Assembly: GCA_022571845.1 (NCBI GenBank)
Contig: JACZXB010000004.1
Location: 101,578 to 165,577 of the forward strand
Direction of reading: 5' to 3'
Origin: Candidatus Zixiibacteriota bacterium
Lineage (GTDB): Bacteria; Zixibacteria; MSB-5A5; GN15; FEB-12
Length of the DNA: 64,000 bases
A program made the translations under genes and the position numbers. Positions 27,512 through 36,153 of this stretch are shown here, piece after piece. The notes under the pieces are model-generated. The model was given only the letters and a program-made list of their open reading frames with translations, was not told the origin of the DNA and ran no database searches. Numbering within the stretch: position 1 is the first letter of the stretch; every line of letters starts with the position of its first letter.

Positions 27512-28821
27512 TCGGCGACAAGACAGACGCGAAAGCCGGACCAGACGTCTCGGCGGTGGGGTTCATAAAAATTGCGCCAGGTGTTTCTAATCAGTCGCGA
27601 CCTGGTGGCCCAGCTGCCTCCGCGAAGAACCTTGCGCGTTTTAAACCATGGTTCGGAATACTCTTTATACGGGTCGAGTACGAATCCGGGATAGGGCAAG
27701 AAATCACTTTGTGTCCATTCCCAGACGTTGCCAATCATTTGTCGACAGCCAGACTCTGAATCTCCGCCTGGGAGGTCATCGACGCTGATACAGCCCATAT
27801 TTTCCCAATCCATGTTCGCCTGCGCCAGCGCCGGCGGTTCGTCCCCCCACGGATACAAACGTTTTGACTTTGAGTCGTTGTTCATTGAGGCCGCAAATTC
27901 CCATTCCGCCTCAGTCGGCAGTCGCACACCTTTCCAGCGGCAGAAAGCTTCAGCCTCAAAATAATTGACGTGTATCATGGCTAATTCGGGTTCTATGGGA
28001 ACCCACTTGTCAAAAAAACGACGAAGCCACTTTCCGCTCTCATCACGTTTCCAGTAAAGCGGTTTCTCTGCCCCTGATTGTTCCAGCCACAATTTCCCGT
28101 TTTCGCTCCAGAGCTTGCTTCTTTTATAGCCGTCATCACTCACGAATTTTGAAAATTCATTCTGAGTTACGGCTGTGCGCGAAATGGAGAATGGTATTAT
28201 GTCCATAGCATGTTCCCACTTTTCGTTGTCGAAAGCAAACAGCGCTTCTTTACGCGCGCCAAGCATGAAAGAGCCGCCTGGTAATTCTACAAAACCACGA
28301 GTGGGCGTTTGAGGCTGGCCGACGTTAGTCGATTTATTTGAACTTGCGTCTTTGTCTTTTGAAGAAAACTCGAGAGGGGGATATTCAAGCGTCTGGCGCG
28401 TGTATGTAAACGCCTCGGCGTGCATATCTTCGTGAAATATCGAGAGCAGCGCGAAATAGATCAAGGCCTCGTCAGTGGGGTTACTTTCCAATTGCTCGCA
28501 GACAGCATCGCAGACATTTTGCATGTATTTGATTGTCCCCTCGCGCGATGGCAGCGGTAAATTCCAGCGAGTGTCGTGCGGAACGGCTGAGGAATCATAA
28601 AGCGAGTCGGCGTCAGCGCGGATTGGCTCTTTGCCCAGACAGTGACGCAAAACCCAACGTTCCTGAAACCAGGCGGCATGTCCAATCTCCCACAGCCAGG
28701 GGTTGATTATATCGATTTGCTTATCGAGCATTTTTTCATCAGGAATGTCAGAGACAATTTCGATTGTCCGCTCTCGAGCGTCTCTGGTCCAGTTTATTAT
28801 TTCCGATATTGGTATCTTCAA
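27508..28821 (-). CDS. EgtB/SenA-family nonheme-iron sulfoxide/selenoxide synthase (DinB_2 plus FGE-sulfatase domains)
   Basis: DinB_2 His ligands (WEIGHAAWFQERW; FHEDMHAEAF, which is HxxxH). FGE-like domain (VTQNEFSKFVSDDGY, GNVWEWTQSDF, VLRGGSWATRSRLIRNTWRNF). Confidence 0.8.
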   Translation of the reverse strand: MKIPISEIINWTRDARERTIEIVSDIPDEKMLDKQIDIINPWLWEIGHAAWFQERWVLRHCLGKEPIRADADSLYDSSAVPHDTRWNLPLPSREGTIKYMQNVCDAVCEQLESNPTDEALIYFALLSIFHEDMHAEAFTYTRQTLEYPPLEFSSKDKDASSNKSTNVGQPQTPTRGFVELPGGSFMLGARKEALFAFDNEKWEHAMDIIPFSISRTAVTQNEFSKFVSDDGYKRSKLWSENGKLWLEQSGAEKPLYWKRDESGKWLRRFFDKWVPIEPELAMIHVNYFEAEAFCRWKGVRLPTEAEWEFAASMNNDSKSKRLYPWGDEPPALAQANMDWENMGCISVDDLPGGDSESGCRQMIGNVWEWTQSDFLPYPGFVLDPYKEYSEPWFKTRKVLRGGSWATRSRLIRNTWRNFYEPHRRDVWSGFRVCLVAE

Positions 28822-28888
28822 AAATCCGTCCGATCAAAAAATTAATTTACGATACAAATTGCCAGTTCCTCGGCTACTCTTTGTATAA

Positions 28889-28978
28889 TGGCGGAGAGGC
28901 AGGGATTCGAACCCTGGGAGCCCGCAAAGGCTCAACGGTTTTCGAGACCGCCCCGTTCAACCGCTCCGGCACCTCTCC
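28889..28978 (-). tRNA. tRNA-Ser (anticodon CGA), CCA encoded
   Basis: Manual fold of the reverse complement. Acceptor GGAGAGG/CCTCTCC. Anticodon loop CU-CGA-AA. Long variable arm (TGAGCCTTTGCGGGCTCC). T-arm CAGGG-TTCGAAT-CCCTG. Discriminator G plus CCA. Length 90 nt. Confidence 0.9.
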
Positions 28979-29044
28979 GACAATCGTTGATCGATTTTTT
29001 CTCAGGCTAATAATTAAAGCTCTCAGTTCTATAATGTAAAGTAT

Positions 29045-29578
29045 TTAGTCGCCCGCCTCGTTTTCTCCCGTGTAGAACTCCCCTTTTTCTGCCATGGCGT
29101 ACTGATTATCTATCAATTTGCTGACTAAACCGTAGCGCGGACGCACCACTTGAAATACAACAAACGACAAAATTACCATGAACATTGTTTCCTCAAACCG
29201 TCCGGTCAGAACAAAATATAGCACGCCATAAAGAGAGATAGCACCGACCAGCATAAAGACCGGCCGTGAGATTCTGGTCAGACCCAGCGCCAGGTCGCTC
29301 TGAAACGTATCTCTTCGGCGGATCATCGGCTTGAGCATCAGCTGCTGCCGCCACCAAAAAGCAAAGGCTCCCTGGGTAGCGCCGAGAATCAAAAAGATAT
29401 AGAACAGGGTGTTGGCGAAGTCTCCCAAATTAATAGCAGGATGATAGCGCTGGTCGAAGAAATAGCAGGCGAGCAGCAGCCCCATAGGAATAATAATATT
29501 TGACATCATGCCAAAATAAAGAGACTTATTCATTATGCGGTAAAGTTCTATAGTGTCGCCGTTAAAATCTTTTTTCAC
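29045..29578 (-). CDS. 4-TM membrane protein, paralog 3 of a tandem triplet
   Basis: Hydrophobic helices. Shares ...LYGVLYFVLTG...RPRYG layout with the two upstream genes. ATGA overlap with the upstream gene. Confidence 0.6.
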   Translation of the reverse strand: MKKDFNGDTIELYRIMNKSLYFGMMSNIIIPMGLLLACYFFDQRYHPAINLGDFANTLFYIFLILGATQGAFAFWWRQQLMLKPMIRRRDTFQSDLALGLTRISRPVFMLVGAISLYGVLYFVLTGRFEETMFMVILSFVVFQVVRPRYGLVSKLIDNQYAMAEKGEFYTGENEAGD

Positions 29579-30027
29579 TTTTCACTTAACCTATTTACAA
29601 AGTTTTCCAATCTATTACGAGTGGGCCAATGCACAACCGACCAGCCTATGCCAACCGGATAGAAATATAGGGCCTTTAACATGTCGCCTGAAAGTAAATA
29701 AACTACGAGACCATAAATGTATATGGCTTCAATCAGCGAGAACTTTATTAGAGAAAGCATAAAAAAGAGAATTGCCGGGTTTTTCTTTTCAAAATTTTCC
29801 TTTCGCCAGTTTTGAATTTGTATTCTTGATATCAATGGTATCACCAGTGGCTGAATCATTCCGACTATCAGCAAGATAAGCAGCGTCATTTCGATTTCAC
29901 CGCCGGATTGTTTTGGAGGACTAACTACAAACATTAATGACAGTAAAACCAAAGGCATGAAAATCAGCATGGCGAATGCTATCATGCGAATCAATTTGAA
30001 CTGATTGATCTTAACTTCGTCTTTCAT
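29575..30027 (-). CDS. 4-TM membrane protein, paralog 2 of a tandem triplet
   Basis: C-terminus YIYGLVVYLLSGDMLKALYFYPVGIGWSVVHWPTRNRLENFVNRL aligns with paralog 1. ATGA overlaps on both sides. Confidence 0.65.
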   Translation of the reverse strand: MKDEVKINQFKLIRMIAFAMLIFMPLVLLSLMFVVSPPKQSGGEIEMTLLILLIVGMIQPLVIPLISRIQIQNWRKENFEKKNPAILFFMLSLIKFSLIEAIYIYGLVVYLLSGDMLKALYFYPVGIGWSVVHWPTRNRLENFVNRLSEK

Positions 30028-30482
30028 TGTTCTTCAATCTTGCTAATAAAGTTTTCATACCTTTTTCGTGTTGGCCAGAAAAAGAAAGCCCATACTGCAC
30101 CGATTGGGTAAAAATATAACATTCTTTGGATATCGCCGGACATTGTAAAAACAATAAAGCCATAAAGAAAAGTTGCTGCAACTACTGCGGACTGCATTGT
30201 CGATAGTTTTCTCCACGCATGATCCGGTGACTTGAATTTCATTTTTCCTTTACGATAAGCAATCACCATTGCCTTCTTTATTATCAGAAACACAAAGGGC
30301 GTAAAAACTCCATATAATAGGAGTATAGGCATCATAATATCTAAATATTCCGAAGTTTTTGTAACCAGCATGTCGTAATACGCAACATTTAAGTTATTCA
30401 GCGGTAGGAAAATAAGAAAGAATACCGCAATAACTCGAGATTGATTAAACTTTGAGAACGGCTTCTTTTTCTCCTGATTCAA
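30024..30482 (-). CDS. 4-TM membrane protein, paralog 1 of a tandem triplet
   Basis: C-terminus FLYGFIVFTMSGDIQRMLYFYPIGAVWAFFFWPTRKRYENFISKI. ATGA overlap with tadA. Confidence 0.65.
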   Translation of the reverse strand: MNQEKKKPFSKFNQSRVIAVFFLIFLPLNNLNVAYYDMLVTKTSEYLDIMMPILLLYGVFTPFVFLIIKKAMVIAYRKGKMKFKSPDHAWRKLSTMQSAVVAATFLYGFIVFTMSGDIQRMLYFYPIGAVWAFFFWPTRKRYENFISKIEEQ

Positions 30483-30955
30483 TTTATCCTGTCTTTCTGT
30501 AACCGAATTTGCTTAAAAAACTGTTTCATCATCTCTGAAATTTCATCGGACAAAACTCCGCTGACAACTTTGATGCGATGGTTTAGTTTTTTCTCGGTGG
30601 GAACATTAAAAATAGAACCACAGGCTCCAAATTTTGGGTCGCTGACGCCATAGACGATTCTTTTAATACGTGATAATACCGCCGCCCCGGCGCACATTGT
30701 GCATGGCTCGACAGTCGAAAATAGGTAGCAGTCTTCCAGCCGCCAGTCTCCTATATGATTAAAGGCCGCAGACAGCGCTATCATCTCGGCATGAGCGGTA
30801 GCGTCTTTGAGACGCTCGGTCTGGTTATACCCGCGCCCGATGACTTTGTTATGGTGAACCACCACCGCGCCTATGGGAACCTCGTCTGCTTCAAAAGCAT
30901 CACCGGCCTGAACAATCGCCAGCCGCATATAATCTTCGTACTGGTCAGGTTGCAT
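30479..30955 (-). CDS. tadA: tRNA adenosine(34) deaminase
   Basis: CDA zinc motifs HAEMIAL and PCTMCAGA. Size about 158 aa. Confidence 0.9.
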   Translation of the reverse strand: MQPDQYEDYMRLAIVQAGDAFEADEVPIGAVVVHHNKVIGRGYNQTERLKDATAHAEMIALSAAFNHIGDWRLEDCYLFSTVEPCTMCAGAAVLSRIKRIVYGVSDPKFGACGSIFNVPTEKKLNHRIKVVSGVLSDEISEMMKQFFKQIRLQKDRIN

Positions 30956-31005
30956 GCAAACAATATAAGATTATTGAAGAATGCGGACAATCAAATTTCT
31001 GTGCG

Positions 31006-32139
31006 CTATTTCAGTAGTCGCAGAGCTATTTCATCGGCCAGATAAAAGCCCTCATCAGACAGGCGTAGGCTGCCTTTATCATCAAGCAACAAACCTGCTT
31101 CCATCAACTTTTCATATTCTTTGTTGTCAATTCTTTCATCAAGCGGCAATCCGAATAACTGTTCAAATTTTTTGCGCTTTAGACCGTCTCTTAATCTCAA
31201 AGAAGAAATGATAGTTTCGTCGGCACGGTCTAGTAGCGCCGGTTCGTTTAAGATTCTGGGTATTTTATTTTGCTTGAGCGATTCAATATATTCTGAGATG
31301 CTTTCTTCGTTAGCAAAGCGGCGTCCGTTTAAATATGAATGCGCCGACGGTCCCAGCCCGATTGATTCTTCTCCCTGCCAGTAGTTTAGACTATGCCGGC
31401 ACTCCTGCCCTTCTCTCGCAAATGAAGCAATTTCATAATGTTCATAACCGGCAGACAGAAATTTATCGCAGCCTATTCGAAACATGGCGCTGACCAGGCT
31501 GTCGTCGGGCATAACGACTTTGCCTGAATTGACATCTGCATAAAGCTGGGTGCCCTCTTCCAGAGTCAATTGATAGAACGAAATATGCGGCGGCGCCAAA
31601 TCTACCAGCTGTGACAAATCTTTTTTCAGCATAGCGCTGGTCTGGCGCGGCAGACCGAACAAGAGGTCGACTCCGTACGACTTAAACCAGAGCACATTGG
31701 CAAAGTAGATCGCCTCTTGAATCTGATGAGGCGTATGGCCGCGCCCGATTTGCTTGAGCAGGTCAGGGTCGAAGGTTTGAATTCCAAAATTAGGACGGGT
31801 CACGCCCAAGTCCTTTAGCGCCGCTAAATATTCCTGACTTACGGAATCCGGATTGCACTCTATCGAAAACTCTATGTCGTCTGCTACGTCAAAAGATTCT
31901 CTGACCGTTTTGAGCCAGTATTCGAGCAGGTCAATTTTTGCAAGTGATGGCGTGCCGCCGCCGATAAAGATTGTTTCAATTTTTGTGTTTGGGAATTCTT
32001 CTGCGACCAGCTGAGTTTCTGTTGTGAGTGCTTCAAAGAAATCTTTTTCGTCGGATTTGTTATATAGTGATTTAAAATAGTCGCAGTAGCTACAAAGATA
32101 AGGGCAGAATGGATAATGTAGATATAAGCCGGCTGGCAT
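31006..32139 (-). CDS. hemW: Radical SAM heme chaperone HemW (HemN-like, oxygen-independent coproporphyrinogen oxidase family)
   Basis: YLHYPFCPYLCSYCDYF (CxxxCxxC); IFIGGGTPS; the C-terminal HemN_C-like region. Confidence 0.85.
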   Translation of the reverse strand: MPAGLYLHYPFCPYLCSYCDYFKSLYNKSDEKDFFEALTTETQLVAEEFPNTKIETIFIGGGTPSLAKIDLLEYWLKTVRESFDVADDIEFSIECNPDSVSQEYLAALKDLGVTRPNFGIQTFDPDLLKQIGRGHTPHQIQEAIYFANVLWFKSYGVDLLFGLPRQTSAMLKKDLSQLVDLAPPHISFYQLTLEEGTQLYADVNSGKVVMPDDSLVSAMFRIGCDKFLSAGYEHYEIASFAREGQECRHSLNYWQGEESIGLGPSAHSYLNGRRFANEESISEYIESLKQNKIPRILNEPALLDRADETIISSLRLRDGLKRKKFEQLFGLPLDERIDNKEYEKLMEAGLLLDDKGSLRLSDEGFYLADEIALRLLK

Positions 32140-32140
32140 T

Positions 32141-32866
32141 CTAAAGCGAGGCGCCGATACGTTCCCAGCGCACGTGCGTGGGAAAGCTGGCTATGCTGTA
32201 GCCGAACCAGTGTATGGCGTCAATGATGTATGGAAAAGCCCAGTCGGGTGAGTCGGGGTCTGGTTCCCAGGACCAATAGACAAATACAGTCTTGCCCAAT
32301 ATATTGTCCTCGGGAACTCCGCCCCAGAATCGGCTGTCGCGGCTGTCATCGCGATTATCTCCCATTACAAAGTATTCTCCCCCGATTACTGTGTAAGGTC
32401 CGAAATTATCGCGGAAAGACAGATCAGCCGGGACAATTTTGCGGTCGGTGTTTTTGGAGTGCAGCGGTATTTGCGCTACCTCTCCGTCGACATACAAAAC
32501 CTTGTCCGCAATCTGGACTTCCTGACCAGGACCGGCCACAATCCTCTTGATAAAATCTTTCTCAGGATTATTGGGGTACTTAAAAACGATTAGATCCCCA
32601 ATCTGTGGCTTGCCGCCGTATTGGTAGGCCAGCTTGTTGACAAAGATATAGTCACCTTCAAAAAGAGCATCTTCCATAGAGGACGAAGTCACTTTGTAGG
32701 CTGAGACTACAAACACCCGCAGCAATACTGCCGCAACCAGAGCGATTATGGCGGTTTCGACATATTCGCGCCAGAGCGGTTTGCGAGGGCGGAATGTCAG
32801 GACTTTGCGGGCTTCGCGATCGGTTTCGCTCCGCGTAAAATCCTTTATCAGATAATCTTGATCCAT
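32141..32866 (-). CDS. lepB: Signal peptidase I
   Basis: N-terminal TM. Catalytic Ser box SSSMEDAL. Lys box IKRIVAGPGQ. GDNRDDSRDSRFWG. Confidence 0.9.
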   Translation of the reverse strand: MDQDYLIKDFTRSETDREARKVLTFRPRKPLWREYVETAIIALVAAVLLRVFVVSAYKVTSSSMEDALFEGDYIFVNKLAYQYGGKPQIGDLIVFKYPNNPEKDFIKRIVAGPGQEVQIADKVLYVDGEVAQIPLHSKNTDRKIVPADLSFRDNFGPYTVIGGEYFVMGDNRDDSRDSRFWGGVPEDNILGKTVFVYWSWEPDPDSPDWAFPYIIDAIHWFGYSIASFPTHVRWERIGASL

Positions 32867-33060
32867 ACCTATCGGTTATCGGTTATGCCTGTCAGGTGCT
32901 TTAGCCCTGCAGACGTTGTATTTTTGACCTAATTTACGGCTGTTATGGGCTAATAACAACCGTATCGTTTCGATTTGAAACGAATTGGGAAAGATAATAC
33001 TAAGTTGACTTTTGGCTCTATTTCAGCAAAATTACGAAGTCCATATCGTAGGAGATATCT

Positions 33061-33771
33061 ATGCGGACTGTTAAGATAGTTTTATCAATCAGCTTTCTCT
33101 TTCTGGCAGCTGCTGTTGTTGCAGGTGATACAGAAATTTCGAACGAATTGCCGGATGAGATAAAGAATTTGGATGAGAAGAAGATTCTTAAACCGAAAAG
33201 ATACTATTTACTTAATTACCCAAATCAGGTGAGCAATATAAGTACGAAAACAATTGTTTGGGTAAAGATAAAACTCAACAAAAGAGGTGAAGTTGATACA
33301 GCTGATGTTGTCTATTGTGAAAACCCAAATATTGGCTTTGAAGAGTCTGCCCTTGAATCCGTAAAAAAGAGAATTTTTAGTCCCGTAATTAGAAGGCGAA
33401 AAGTTGACAGAAGTTGGTTTTATACAAGAGTGGAATTTGACCCGAGAAAGAAAATTCTTTCAACGGCTTTTGATTGTGATGAAGAAAATGCAACGCTTCC
33501 AAAAATTTTGATAAAGTCACGCCCGAAATATCCATCGATCGCACGTCAGACAGGTATTGATGCAAAAGTTTGGGTAAGAGTGCTAGTTGGAATAGACGGC
33601 AGACCTCTTGATGTAGTTATACAAGAGACCACCGATCCAGGCTGGAAATACGGATTCAATGAAGAAGCCTTGAAAGGTGCTAGAAAATGTAGGTTTAAGC
33701 CGGCAATTTGTGACGGTAATCCGGTAAGAGTCTGGGTTTCTTTTCCATTCGTATTCATTTTTGGTAGGTGA
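33061..33771 (+). CDS. Secreted protein with two TonB C-terminal-like domains
   Basis: Signal peptide. SRPKYPSIARQTGIDAKVWVRVLVGIDGRPLDVVI...RFKPAICDGNPVRVWVSFPFVF matches the TonB_C pattern. An earlier, weaker copy is also present. Confidence 0.6.
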   Translation: MRTVKIVLSISFLFLAAAVVAGDTEISNELPDEIKNLDEKKILKPKRYYLLNYPNQVSNISTKTIVWVKIKLNKRGEVDTADVVYCENPNIGFEESALESVKKRIFSPVIRRRKVDRSWFYTRVEFDPRKKILSTAFDCDEENATLPKILIKSRPKYPSIARQTGIDAKVWVRVLVGIDGRPLDVVIQETTDPGWKYGFNEEALKGARKCRFKPAICDGNPVRVWVSFPFVFIFGR

Positions 33772-33831
33772 CGCCAATCTAAATTTCTTACTTGCCCCTT
33801 GTCTTTCAATACATTAGCCTTTGAATCTATT

Positions 33832-36048
33832 ATGGATAATATTTCAACTAACAAACTGGTTATAGCCGTAATTGCCAATGTTATTCTTGGCGTCATTTGC
33901 GGCCTGTATTTGCCCGGCGTGATGCTGGCGCTCTCTTTTGTGGGACAAATCTATGTTAATATTCTGCAGATAATTTTTATTCCGCTGGTAGCGGCCGCTA
34001 TAATTACCGCGGTTTCGTCATACACCGACGGCCGGCAAAGAGGGAGGGCTGTGCTGGCCACGCTTTCGTTTTTTGCGGCAACTTCGATTGTGGCCATAAT
34101 TATCGGCCTGGTGACTGTATCGATTTTTCAGCCGGGAGCAGGAGTCTCCACCGGAGCCGCTTTTATCCCTGAAGAGATAGCCTCGGTGCCGATAACCCAG
34201 ACACTTGGCTTTTTTGAAGAATTAGTACCGCTTAATATTCTCAAAGCTGTGACAACCGGCAAATTTCTGGGCTGGATGATTGCACTTATAGTTATCGCCT
34301 CGGTTTTGGGTGGACTCGGCCGAAACGCGGCGCCTGTCACAAAATTCTTTGAGACAATTCATATGATAGTGCAAAAACTGTTGCACTATCTGATAATGGC
34401 CACTCCTTTTGCTATTTTCTTTATAGTTGGTGCAGTTGTTGCCCGAAACTCAGGATATCTGCCGGAGCTGGGCGGAAGTCTGCTTAAACTATCGCTGACA
34501 CTTATGACGGCCTTCTTAGTGCATGCTCTTATAGTTATTCCGCTGTTGCTCAAATTTTTTGGCGGACGCTCGCCTATAGATTATTTCAAAAATATTTTAC
34601 CGGCGCTTACTACTGCCTTTGCTACGGCCTCCCCCACAGCAGCGCTGGCAGTAACTTACGAAAACAGTCTCGACCGCAACAAGCTCGACAGCCGCTCGGC
34701 AGCGCTGGTACTTCCCCTCGGTACCAGCCTTAATGTCGACGGCCGCGCCATGTATGTCGTTATCAGCGCCATGTTCATTGCTCAAGTTTACGGCCTTGAA
34801 CTGGGCTTGGCCGGTACGCTCTATCTGGCAGCAGCGGTGTTTTTGTTTTCATTGGGTACGGCTACTGTGCCCTTTGCCGGGATGATGACTCTTGCGCTTG
34901 TTTTTGACGCTGCCGGATTCCCCAATGCGGCCTATGCCGGAATCGGGTTAATCTTTGCGGTGGACTGGTTTTGGGGACGTAATTTTGCGGCGCTTGATGT
35001 CTGGTCGGATACGGCGGTAGCGGCGACAGTCGAAGAGGTAACCTCGACGGCAGTATTCCAAAAGAAACCGCAGAAGACAAGAAAAACTGAAACAGAGAAA
35101 GCCCGCAGGCCGTTTCGCGACAGCCGGCCGGACCCAGGAAGAGATGACCGAAAACGCGACGATTTCCGCCGAGACAGCCGTTCACCTGAGCGCACCAGAA
35201 AACCTTTCGTCAAATCTGATTTAAGGACAGCTGGCAGAGGCAGACCCAGACAACCCGAAGCACCCTCGCCGTTTGAATTAAAACCGGAGAGATCAAGATC
35301 GTTCGACCCCGAAACAGCCAATGCCCGCGACCGGGCGCCATTTGAAATCGGACAAAAAGATGAAGTATCTAGCTCAGAATCTGCCCGCAAGATGCGCGAA
35401 AAAATCAGCTATGGTCCCAAAGCTAAAAAAGACAAAAAGGAAGTGACTCCCAGAAAGAAGGCACCTCTTAAAGCCGAAGTTTCCGACTCCGATGAAAAAA
35501 TCTCCGCCCCCACGGCTGCTGTGGCAGCTCCGCCGTTGATTAGAGAACTGACTCCAGATGTCAAAGAAGCGCTACCAGAAGAAATAGTTGCTATCGATGA
35601 GATTACTCCAGCCAAGGTAACTCCACCGGAAAAAATTGAGGCTGTTGATGAAACTCCGCCAGTCAAAAAAACACGGACTAGAAAAACAGCTGCTGTGAAG
35701 AAAACGCGGACTAGAAAAACAGCTGCCGTCAAAAAAACCAAGGCAGCCAAAATAGCTGAGTCTCAGCCAGAAGCTGCAAGTGAACCTGTGTCTGTGCCTG
35801 TAGTCGAAGTCGAGCTGAAAGCTCCCGATGATTCTAAAGCTGTGGCAGAACCAAAAGTGGAAAAGTCCGAAGTGAAAGAGCCGGTTGAAGCAGAATTGGA
35901 AAAACCTGATCTGTTCGGACGTACATCACATCTCAAGGGTCCCCGGCGTAAGTCGGGCAGCGCTGCGCCGCCTGTAGCAGACGAACCGGAATTTTCGACC
36001 GAAAACCAACAGTTTGGTCGCAAAAGCAGGAAAAAAAGCTCAAAATAA
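33832..36048 (+). CDS. Dicarboxylate/amino acid:cation symporter (DAACS/GltP family) fused to a roughly 320-aa disordered Lys/Arg/Pro/Glu-rich C-terminal tail
   Basis: Transporter core (IFIPLVAAAIITAV, ...LGTSLNVDGRAMYVVISAMFIAQ, ...GLIFAVDWFWGR). Low-complexity sequence begins at about aa 430 (RRPFRDSRPDPGRDDRKRDDFRRDSRSPERTRK...KKTRTRKTAAVKKTRTRKTAAVKK...). The ATG at 33832 is preferred over the TTG at 33799. Confidence 0.8.
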   Translation: MDNISTNKLVIAVIANVILGVICGLYLPGVMLALSFVGQIYVNILQIIFIPLVAAAIITAVSSYTDGRQRGRAVLATLSFFAATSIVAIIIGLVTVSIFQPGAGVSTGAAFIPEEIASVPITQTLGFFEELVPLNILKAVTTGKFLGWMIALIVIASVLGGLGRNAAPVTKFFETIHMIVQKLLHYLIMATPFAIFFIVGAVVARNSGYLPELGGSLLKLSLTLMTAFLVHALIVIPLLLKFFGGRSPIDYFKNILPALTTAFATASPTAALAVTYENSLDRNKLDSRSAALVLPLGTSLNVDGRAMYVVISAMFIAQVYGLELGLAGTLYLAAAVFLFSLGTATVPFAGMMTLALVFDAAGFPNAAYAGIGLIFAVDWFWGRNFAALDVWSDTAVAATVEEVTSTAVFQKKPQKTRKTETEKARRPFRDSRPDPGRDDRKRDDFRRDSRSPERTRKPFVKSDLRTAGRGRPRQPEAPSPFELKPERSRSFDPETANARDRAPFEIGQKDEVSSSESARKMREKISYGPKAKKDKKEVTPRKKAPLKAEVSDSDEKISAPTAAVAAPPLIRELTPDVKEALPEEIVAIDEITPAKVTPPEKIEAVDETPPVKKTRTRKTAAVKKTRTRKTAAVKKTKAAKIAESQPEAASEPVSVPVVEVELKAPDDSKAVAEPKVEKSEVKEPVEAELEKPDLFGRTSHLKGPRRKSGSAAPPVADEPEFSTENQQFGRKSRKKSSK
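35665..35730 (+). repeat. Two tandem 33-bp repeats inside the transporter tail (encoding KKTRTRKTAAV twice)
   Basis: AAAAAAACACGGACTAGAAAAACAGCTGCTGTG is followed by AAGAAAACGCGGACTAGAAAAACAGCTGCCGTC. Confidence 0.9.
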
Positions 36049-36153
36049 CAGCTTTAGTTTATTAAATTTTTGTTTGGAACTATTTTGAATCTTTGGTGAT
36101 ATATGAATTGCAAGATGAATCTCAAAGCGGTTAACTGCATATAGAGAATTGAT

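Noticed and set aside
28889-28978. A long (90 nt) tRNA next to a possible selenium-metabolite locus. I considered tRNA-Sec.
   Set aside because: The manual fold gives anticodon CGA in a CU-CGA-AA loop, a standard 7-bp acceptor stem and a Ser-type long variable arm. It is tRNA-Ser, not tRNA-Sec (UCA).
34862-36023. Several minus-strand ORFs (107, 152, 113 and 86 aa).
   Set aside because: All are antisense to the low-complexity tail of the DAACS gene. They are compositional shadow ORFs.
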